Origin: Klebsormidium nitens | Taxonomy: Eukaryota; Plantae; Klebsormidiophyceae | NCBI GenBank assembly: GCA_000708835.1 | Contig: DF236950.1 | Span: 163,355 to 227,354 of the forward strand | DNA length: 64,000 bases | Reading direction: 5' to 3' | In this document: positions 54,001 to 64,000 of the stretch, piece after piece | Position numbering within the stretch: the stretch's first letter is position 1 | How the letters are laid out: every line of letters begins with the position of its first letter | Position numbers and translations under genes: made by a program | The notes under the pieces: generated by a model | Told to the model about the DNA's origin: nothing | Seen by the model: only the letters and a program-made list of their open reading frames with translations | The model's database searches: none

Positions 54001-56032
54001 CGACGTGCTCTCGTTTTGATCTTGCCAGTTGGACTCCGAATCTTGTGTCGAGATTTGCGCATTGGCTCTTCCAGCGCAACGAACGGCTCACTGGCGACCA
54101 GAAGAGTCGGACCGTCAAGCAAGATTACGTGATACAGCTAAGAGTATTGGCTGTCGTGAAAAGTTCGATGGCACCGTAGCAGGAGGCCCTGTTTTTGCTG
54201 ACGTTGTCCGCCGCTCTGCAGGCTGGCGACGCTTTAATGCAGCTGCTGCCAATCATTGGGGCTTCCCCGCTGGGCACTGCGTCACTGATCGTGGTCACGG
54301 GGGTCTGCGCGCCGCTGCTCGAGGAGACGGTCTTCCGGGGCTTCTTCCTGCCGTCTCTCACGAAATGGTGGGTTTCTGGAATTCGTTCCCGCTCTCGTTT
54401 GCCTTCCCTTAATTCTTGGTCTGCTGGGGCTTCTTCCTGCGTCCCGGGTGAGCGCTTATGTTGCTGTGCGGATTTTGCCCCCCGCTGTCGTTGGCCTACT
54501 TTTGTTTGTGGATCTGTCGAGGCTTTTTCCTGCCGCTCCGGACGAAATGGCGAGGGGTTTTATTGCTGTGGGAGTCCTGCATCCGCTCTCGTGTGCGTTT
54601 CTATTTGTCGAGTCGGGATTTCTGCACTAGGATTCTCAAAGTGTCTCCTCTCGGGCTACACATGTTGAAGTAAAGCGAGTATTCTGGCGCCGAAGTTGCA
54701 GCACGAACGGGAGTGTGATGCTGAAACGAAATGTCAGAAGGACGTGCATCGTGCTACTGAGACGTCCCGCATCGCTGGTGCAGACCCATCGCAGTGCATG
54801 AATCTTGCTTCACAAGTAAGGGCCAAGTGTCCCCTTTCGTACAGGGTAGCTTTGTCCAATCCACACCAGATTGGAATCAATAAGATCCCTGTCGCTGCCA
54901 AAAGTTCCTGCTTGCGTTGCTGACGCCATGCCCGATTTTTGTGGTGAGTCCAGGTTACCAACATGGGCGGCGATTCTTATCAGCGCCTTCGGTTTTGCTG
55001 CCGCGCACGTGACCCCTGGGGAGCTGCCCCAATTAACCGCCCTAGGTGAGGTTTAACCCGAATATCTTTATGGTGACAATTTAAGGAAACCTGCCTGCAA
55101 TGGCCGGTTGAGATTCACGACTACTCTACCAATTGTTTCTTTGCTTGAATCTCGTGGAATTGTGCTGTTGCACGGTCATTTTCACCCAGCGGTTGCCGAA
55201 GTGTTAGTCTCTTCGATCGGAGCTGGCGAATCTTTGCGCGGGGTTTTTACGAAGACTCCGAATGTCCTCGTGTATTGTTTCGGCGAGACTTTGTCCACGT
55301 AAACCTAAGACCCTTCATTGATTGTGGATCCAAGACCCTTTCTGAGAGCGGCAGAAATTTAATGCAGGTGTTGTGTTGGGTATCACGTACACACAGACGC
55401 GGAATCTGGCATGCCCAATGTTGATACACTCGCTATGGAACTCGGGTGTCATCATAGTGTTGACGGTACTCAAGGTGAGAAACGAGCACCTATCTTATTC
55501 TGCATCAAAACACAGATCGTGAATGAAGAGTCCGACCCTGACTGTCCGGCTTGATGTTGATTCCGTTCAGAGCACACGAGGAACGTAATCTGTGGAGATA
55601 TTTTAAAAGACAAGGAAGTCCAGACGCTGTAGACTGCCACGGTGGGTGGCCATCGACGGTGGGAGTTATCACACGTAGGATTTCTGTTTTTACAAGCATG
55701 GGGCGCGTCACGTGTTGGCTTTGGTTGAACAATCTTGCCTTGATGGGTCTTGGAGGCGACACCGCGGAAGAGTCAACGAAAAAGTTGGTGCGGATATTGT
55801 CCTGAATCCTCTCAGGACCATGAGCGACTCATAAATCCAACTTGCGTTAAATGGTGAAAGCTGGGCTGGGTCTGGTTTAGGATAAAGGTTATGGATGGTT
55901 GAATCTGAAGCACACCTCTCGCTTTTCGCACGAGTGCTTCCTAATGCAAGGAACAACAGACCTTGACATATCTATGATCCCTCCGAATCTTCTTTGCAGG
56001 TCAACGGGGTTGACATCAAAGAATTTGTGTAG
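51060..56032 (+). CDS. CPBP-family (CAAX type II/Abi) intramembrane protease with a probable plastid transit peptide, 9 exons
   Basis: Phase-consistent exons: 51060-51485, 51978-52099, 52410-52514, 53097-53179, 53731-53864, 54222-54367, 54954-55045, 55368-55474, 56000-56032. Catalytic motifs EETVFRG, FAAAH and HSLWN. Ser/Ala/Arg-rich N-terminus. Confidence 0.92.
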
Positions 56033-58278
56033 CATACGAGGAGCTTGACCGTGTTGGAGATCGCACACTCAAACGCTTTCCGCATGCGAACGAGCTTCGT
56101 GCCTCAAGCTCTGCGGCGAGCATAGGAAGCTTGGTGCGAGCAGGCTGGGAAGTAGGTTTGCAATTGACGAAGACGTGGCAAAGGGGAGAGATTGTCGGAT
56201 ACAACTTGCAACAGGCCGCCGCACTGGTAACGACAATCTCACAATGTTATTGAGCTGCAAAGAAGTAGTCACGCCAGCCTTTCAACAAGAATGCCAAGGC
56301 CGATTTTCTAATTTGGTCGTTTGCAAGATGCAGCCCAGAAAGTCGACGTCCGGTCGAACCCGTGCACACATGCATCTGGCGTGCCTGTCTTGAGGATTAC
56401 ACGCATGAGGACGGTGCCCAAAAGGATTGGCATCATTTGTGAAACGAGGACGGTAGCCTTGGATTGTACTTTCTGCTACAAGCGAATGATCAGTGTATAT
56501 CAGTGCTGGCCGCCAAGTCCGACATGTAGCTCCTTGAGCTCGATCACGCGATGTTTTAATTGCACACGTGCCCCAGGACGCGGGATCCAATGATTCAGGT
56601 CCACGTGTAATGGTCACCAGGCTTCTTCTTATACATGCTTAGACACCTGGGCCTTTGGCGCAGAAACAAGCAATTTCGGAGAATTCGGGCTTCATCAAAA
56701 AATGTTTCTATTCTAGTTACCAAGCGGTTACTAACAACAAAGCAATTCATGACTGACATGACTCGCATGCTACCTCATCATGGCGTAACTACTGCAGGTA
56801 TAAAAGTCACTTCAACTAAGCAATCCTAGTCGAGGCAAAGGGTTTATCATTATCTCTGATTAAAGGCCAAGTTCTATCCAAAATAGTTTCCTTTCTTCTC
56901 CGCGCCCTTGTTGGCCTGCGGCAAGTTCTGGATCAGCAGCTGGAGCGCCTGCATATATAACCGGAGCTAGCACTGAGGCACTGCGGACGCCAAGACTTGC
57001 GCCGCAGCTGCGCGCCCCCCATTTAGCACCGCATGCCCCGTGGCGGCGTTAGGGCCGCCTGGACTGCTCGGGCTGCGGAAGAATTCCATGCAACCGGGCC
57101 CGCCGGCCAATCAAGTTTGCATATGCATGCGAGTCATGATGTTGAAGTGTCACTCCATAGTAACTCAAGCATCATTGTGCGCGGCGGCCAGACTAACCGC
57201 CTTCAGATAGGCGCCCGCCGCCCGGGGTATGGACGTGGGGTTGGCTTGGTTAATTCTTAGGGTGAGTTGGGGTGCGGAGCGTGCACATGACTTTTTAGGT
57301 AATTATAGCTTTGTAGTTTGGTTCAATTGTTCGGGGTCTCGGTCCTAATCTTAGAGCACATACGTGTTATATTGCACAAAAGTTACCACTGCCAGTATTG
57401 AAGTACTAAATCGCGAGTTGTAGCTAGGCTTAACGTCGTCCGATCTTGCGGCACTCGTAAACTCACAATTAAGTTATAATTTCGGTAATGCGCACAATAT
57501 CAACTAGATCGACGTACGTGAGCTCATGCACAGGAGACTGCTGGATTCGATCAGTACATAGACCGACATTCTTCTCCAGGCGCACCGGCCCTGTCATTGA
57601 TGCATGGCTATGCAGTGACATGCAGTATTTGCAAAAGCTAGCGAACACTCAGTGCCATGATTACAGCCAGATAATTGTAGCGCTCTCCATGCATGGCGGC
57701 ATGTGCGATTGCAACCGCGTGCGTCCCTATCAGCTACTGGACAATAACCGGTCGGATTCAAGATCAAACAAAGTCAGTGACTCGCCCAAAGTGATAAACT
57801 CGCATGCTTGTTGATCAACTCATCAACTCAACTCTGAAGGAAGACAACCCAAGTGAAAACAATAAGCGCTGATGCTAGAGCTAATACCCAAGCGTGTCCA
57901 CGTCTTGGTGCACGGCCCTATGACAGATTCTACCGTACACGTACTTCAATGGCTAGTGATCATCTACACTTCCCACTGCCAACCGTGCACTTCCACTAGC
58001 GCGTGCCCACTACAATACAAGAAAAGTTAACGCTTCGCTGTTGCGTTTGAGGACTTGCTGAGACGACTTCGAACTATACCTAGAGCCTGCCGACTCATGC
58101 TTGATGCACAGCACTAAAGTATTTGGGGCAACCGTTTTTGTCGGCTTTCGAAGTCAAATCCGTCTTATTCGGGTAGATCCGCCGATCGCTCGCTATAACA
58201 TTGGAGTACACGGTGCTCTTGACTGGTTAATAATCGCTGCCCTGGCAATGTCTCCAGCCGGAGGACGGCAGCCTGTCG

Positions 58279-61200
58279 TTAGAGAATCTTGTTGACAGTC
58301 GCTCGCCTTATGTTACTTTGGCTTTGCGGCTCGTCCTTCATTTGACTTTGCCAATACCCTCTATTGGCCTCCAACCCCTGCGAGGTGATAAGGACGCATA
58401 GTCAGTGCATACCGTATCGCGAAGACGAAAATACAGAACCGCATCACTTCTCCTGCAAAGAAGCAAGCACGGATCGTCCAAACGCTACGCCTCTTTCGAA
58501 TGCCTCGTTCAGACTGTAGTTGCCGGGCAGGACGTCATCGGCCAGCATTGAAGGCAATGGCAAAGCGCATCAATGGGCGCCAGATGAAGACGAGTGTTTT
58601 ACCTGAAGCCATTCTTCGAGAGCCGGACAGTGCTCCGCAAACATTTCGTAGAGCGGTTGTACCTGCGACATTGGACCAATAATGAACCTAACGGCATCTT
58701 TCTTGATCAAGCAGCGAACTTTTTTGCTGAAAGCAAGCAAGCGAGCACAGGAGGGGCTTGCGGCAACCACGCGTTGTCGAAGGGGCTTGCTAAAAACCGA
58801 CAATCGTATCCGGTGGTTTGTGACAGCGTGATCAGCTCTGCTAGAGCTGTTTGGCAGAGCGAGACTATCCCAAAGCAAGGAAAAGTCTTGGATGGGCATT
58901 TAGTAAAAGAGTAGCGTCTACTCACGATGAACTCAATAAACCGCAGCTGCTGCTTCGGGATGTTGGCCGCCTCCTTGTCGCACATTGGGGACACCTGGGC
59001 CAAGACGCGCAGTCAATTCTACTCCACTTATGCCATCTAAATCCTCGACCACAACTCCAGCCACATCGAACTCCTGAAAAGATGACGTCGCACCCAGGCA
59101 GCGGAGGGAGCCTGCTAAAAATCAAACGTTGACCAGTCGTGTGAGCCGACTCAGCCGAGCGAGACGAGCAAAAGTTGTCAAAGAAGCGGGGATAACTGGT
59201 AAATGCACGGTTGTGAGTGGGTCCGCAGTCGGCCATGATTGCAGATTTCGGGGGGGCGCTCACCGGCAGCCCCAGCTGCTTCTCCTTGTCCCCCTGGTTG
59301 AAGAACTCGTCCATGATCCGCCTCGCCCAGCTGCAAAAAAGAGCGTCCGTCTCTTTAAGCCACCAGCCCAGCTAGCGTTAGAACCAAGTTTCTCTGACCC
59401 AAAAGCCCATTAGTAGTGGTATTTCTTCTCAAGATTAGGAAATTCGCACGGCGGCCGAAGGCGCTGCTCGCGTTGGTTCCACAGCACTTTGCCCGCCCTT
59501 GGTCTTCGAATCGACGAACAGTAGAGGATGTGGGGTGACTATAGCGCGCGCTGAAGGTTCTTCACACTCAAGCCCTTGGCTTCGAACATTGTTGTCGGGA
59601 ATTTTCCTTCTCTATCTCAGAAACTCAGTCTCCATCCTTCCCCCCTCTCTCACTTTTCAACCCTGGTAATGCTCGTGGCCACGCCTCGACAGGACACGGC
59701 GCAATGAATACTACACGCCTTACGGAACTGGAAACAACAGGAGCGGTAAGAGGAACTCACTCGACAGCCAATTTCTGTGGCTTTGCTGCGCTGTTCAGGT
59801 CCGCGCATTTCAACACCATCTGTGGAAGAAAGACAGCGGACGCGTTGGGCCATCCTGCTACTTGCGTTTCTTAGCCCCTGTGCAGCGTTCGATTGATAGG
59901 TAATTGGAATCTATGCAGGAGCGCTCAAGGCAAGAGGAAAGTTGGCGCTTGCAATAGAAGGATAGCACGATGGAGAATCAACCAGAAGACGATAGGAAAC
60001 CTTACCTGCAAAATGCATATCCGGTTCTCCTCCTTTTCTAGGTTAAAGCCAGGACCCAGGACTCGCGTCTTAAACTGCAGATCCAGTATGACATAGTCAG
60101 TTGCAGAACACGACCAGTACACGGAACAGAAATCAGTTGCCACGCGGACTTTCAACAAACATGGCGTATTGACCGTGCAGAAGAGAGGGACGTTTGCTAA
60201 GACCGCTGCCTTCGAGAAGCTAGCTCTGATGCAGCCAACAAGGGAAAAAGTAAAAGCTGTAAAATAACGGGATCGATTGTTGAGGGGCCAGGACAGACCA
60301 CTCAGCCCAAGCGGCCAGCTTTGGCACCGAGAGGCAAATCGGTCCAGCCTTCCGCAACGGGCAGCATGATCGTCCGGAGAATCTTCGTGTGCCGACGGGA
60401 TTTCACAACATTTGACACTCAGTAGAAGGCGAATTTTTCACGCAGACTTTGCGCAGAGTCTTCAGGACAGGCGCGGCGCTCACCCTCCCCGCAAACTCGA
60501 AGTGCTCCGACATGTCCGTGATCAGTACCAGCTGTATGATCCGGGCCCGGATGGCCTTCTGCTGCTCGACGGAAAAATGGCCCAGAATGTTCTGCAAGGC
60601 AGCAGCGACGTCAGCAACTCGCTTAATGCATCATAAACGGGGCACGTCACAGTTGTACAAGAAGGGCATCTGACAAGTATGTAGAAATCAACCAGAAGAC
60701 GAGCAAGAGAAGAAAGACACAGAAACTAGCAGGCGCTCCGACCGGCACTCTTCTGGATCGCTGATTGGGCGTGCAAAAGCGAAACACGGGAAGTAGGCCC
60801 GAAACGGCTCACCTGGCCAGACTTGTACATCTCCATGAAGGCGGAAGCAAGGTGGTGGTTTTCCTGCAAGTGAGGAAAGCAAGGAATTCAACCAGTGCCG
60901 GAGGACCGAAGAAAAGAGAGCAAGGAACGGAGGAGGTTCGCATCACGAACCTTCCAGGGGTACAGCGAAAGGGCAGAACGGCTTTTAAAGAAGGTCTTCT
61001 CCGTTTCTAGTAATGATGTGAAGAGAGGTGGAGCGACCGGAGGCCCTCAGGGCAAATATGCGGAGCTTCGGACAACGGACGAGCCTGTGAGGCACGACCT
61101 ACAAGGCAGCGGATTCGAATGATGTGCGGCGACTGTATCTGAAGAACCAGCGTGTAACGGTCGTCACTGGCGATTAAATGCACCAACTTGACCGGCATAT

Positions 61201-64000
61201 TCTGCCAAGCATTGGCACAGCACGACCGTCCGCTGACGAAATGTTTGGCGCTCTAAAGTCTTTCTTAGAAGGAAAGAGGACGTGCATCAAGTGACGCACC
61301 GCAATCCAGGCAGCACGAGGCTTTGTTCTTACCAAGACTGCGCGGTCGTTGTATAAAATGGCAAGCGGGTCCTTGCTTGCGATTAGGAAGGCGTTGCTGA
61401 TGCCAGGATGCTGGAGAAAGACAAGCTGGTGTTAAATTTTACCGCAGCAAAGGACTTCCGTGTGCGTCATATTCAGAACGGACTTCGGAACACTTCTTTG
61501 ACAGCTGTCAGGGTCAAGCGAGTGGAAACTCAACGAGCAAAGCCGTTTCCATTGCGAGCAATTTCGGAAGACTTTTCTGACATTGCGTGACTCTTCAGCT
61601 CCTTGTCCAGTTCCCAGACGACCAGACACTCAGTAATGTTGCAAACCATCGACTTACCCTGAAGTCGTGGACTATTGCAGCGACCAAGAGGGAGAAGACT
61701 TCCTCGTCCGTCATCCACTCCTGCAACGAGGAGAAGCTCATCAGCTCAGAAGGCCAGACTGACCAGCATCCCATTTTAGCCCTCTCACTGTTGGAAAGCA
61801 TGTAGTACCGAATCCACACACAAGCGCTCTGAAATCAAATCCCAGCAGAGACGTACATCAACACACTCAGCTTGACACAGGCGTTGTATCCATACGAGAA
61901 GCTATTTCGAAGCTGTTGAGGGGCTCACCTCTAGGAAGCATCGGGTGATGAGAAGGTACGCAGCGTGCAGAACGTCCGCGGCGTGACAGCCGTTGTGGTA
62001 GGGCACCTGCACAGATGCACCGCAGGTCGCTATCCACTTTGAGCTGCGTCCTCCGAACTTGGAACAGCTCGCGATCCTGAGCGTTTAGAAGAGCGGTGGC
62101 TCCGTAAGCCTTCAAAGGTCAGCAGCAATTTGAGACGTTGTGAGGCCGTCTTCGGTCGAACAGAGGCGAACCTTCCAAGCAAGCGACACGCCAGTGCCAG
62201 CTAACGGCGCAATTCGAGCTCGGAAGCGGGTCGTCGATCGTAGTCCCACCCTCCGGCTTTGGTGTCTCCCTCAAAATCAACCGAACATCTGATCAGGGCA
62301 AGTCAGACAGGTTTCGGCGAGACTTGCCTGCCGGTACCCTGCTTGGATGGCCGTCAGGAACGCGTCCATGGTCCCCTTGTCGATGCCCAGCTTTTCGCAC
62401 AGGCCTAACTCGGTAAAGATGGCCGTCGCCAGGCACTTGAGCGCCTCCCCCTGGTTGGCTGCGTTCAGCCTGGCACCAGGAAAGCAACATTGACGTCAGT
62501 GGAGAGTGATGTCAGCAGGTCCGACACGCGAGCACGCAAGTGCCGTCTAATGTGTCGTTCTCTGCTCCACAACAAGGCAACAGCATGAGCTAGCGCCGGC
62601 TCTTGGATATCTGAAGCGCAGTCGCAAACAAGTCAAGATAAATAAGAGTACTGCACATATTTCTTTCGCCTGCAAAGGCGATTCCACGGGCATTTTCTAC
62701 GGAGGGGCACTCACTCAAACACGTCGAAGTCCAGGTCGTGTATCTTCGTCAGCACCTTTGCCGTCTCTGTTGCCACCAGCTCTTTCTCAACCTGGTTTTC
62801 GACCTTTTCTTCAACCTGCTTCTCAACCTCTTTCTCCACCGGACGTTCGGGAGGAGGCGTCTCGCCCTTTCCTGCCTCGAAAGTCGGCTCTTCTACTTTC
62901 TTCCGGCCCCTGGGCGATGACTGGGCAAGAGGACTCAGACCGGGACTCCTGCCACTGCAGGACGAAGCGAGAGAAAGAACTGTCACACTAGGAAAGATGA
63001 AGCGAGAGGTCCTACTAGAAAAACCAGTTGGGAAGCATTGCTGCACGCTTGTTTCTGATGCGCTGCGACTGTGCTTGGAACCTTGCTTGCTCAAAAGCAA
63101 GTTTTATAGCTATCGGATACGAGTTGGAGAGAAGTCTTACAAGGTGAAGGAGCGGCTGATGCCGGACCCAGTCTTATTCAGCTGGTTGCTGAACGCGGAA
63201 GGCAAGCTCATAGAGAGCGAGTACTTGTCAGGAACTGTGTATTGATCTGCAAGTCGGTGGAGCTTCAATGAGCTCAATGGAGCTTAGCCGTGCACGCACC
63301 TGGACGGCTTACTTCTGTACAAAACAGCAGCAGGGTGAGTGTTCCAAAATAGAGAGCCTTGCAGGTATTCAAAACTTCAATTCACTGTGCTTACAGCACG
63401 TACGAAGTGCAATTACTGCCACAAACATCACAAGAGCGCTTTTCCATCAATCCTCCAAACAAGAGGAGGTCTCCCAGAAACATTTGCATCTGAAGCCCCT
63501 CACCCAGCCGGTACTCGTGCGCCAGCCATCTCTGCGTCTCTTCATCCAATTCGAGCTTGGGAGACACCAGATTCAAAGTAGACCGCCGATTAGACCGTGG
63601 AGATGGTGGCGTGGATGGCGATTTGACAGTCGGCTCATACAAAGTCCGTGAAAGAATCACTTGCAGGGAATACTGCAGGTCGTTTCTCTGATCCGGTGTG
63701 AGGGTCGCCTGCATAAGATCCAAGCAAACCCGAAAGTCAACTATTTGAGCCTCTTCGACATCAACTATCTGCTTTGTCTTTGATGTTTCTGCTTCGAATG
63801 TTTGCAACTGTGATGCTGCTTCTCATAAGCATTGGGCATCGTTCCTCATTTCGCAGCTGCATCCATTGGACCAAGAAAGGCTGGAGATCAGACGAGTGCC
63901 AAGTACCATAACATGAGGCTTCTGCACTATCCGGACTCTATGCAAATCTGCTCACCTCGTCAAGAATTCTCTCCAGAGCAGGAACGACGTCATCCAACGC
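58279..64000 (-). CDS. Class I 3',5'-cyclic nucleotide phosphodiesterase; the 5' part lies beyond the right edge of the window
   Basis: Phase-consistent exons: >64000-63956, 63708-63504, 63246-63141, 62954-62715, 62469-62328, 62006-61929, 61720-61658, 61410-61333, 60863-60813, 60591-60484, 60074-60006, 59819-59761, 59330-59264, 58994-58926, 58662-58603, 58377-58279. Motifs: PYHNGCHAADV, HDFRHPGISN, YNDRAVLENHH, TDMSEH, LKCADL, EFFNQGDKEK, IPKQQLRFIEFI. Confidence 0.95.

Overview
Intron-rich eukaryotic DNA with GT-AG introns, roughly 50-55% GC and three N gaps. The gene set mixes land-plant-like genes (MIP3, GC5 golgin, O-fucosyltransferase, ABCC1/2, OEP16, plastid CAAX protease) with a class I cyclic-nucleotide phosphodiesterase. 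This points to a streptophyte alga such as Klebsormidium (inference). I assembled nine spliced protein-coding genes by hand and checked splice phases for all internal junctions of six of them. Main observation: an 8.7-kb segment (33003-41724) bounded by imperfect CACGGG terminal inverted repeats and a 2-bp CA duplication, consistent with a CACTA/CMC-type DNA transposon. It has no recognisable transposase but carries an intact multi-exon gene for a highly divergent KDM4/KDM5-type JmjC protein. Second observation: the OEP16 gene has two tandem, codon-diverged copies of its first coding exon, arranged like mutually exclusive exons. All family calls come from remembered motifs, not database searches.
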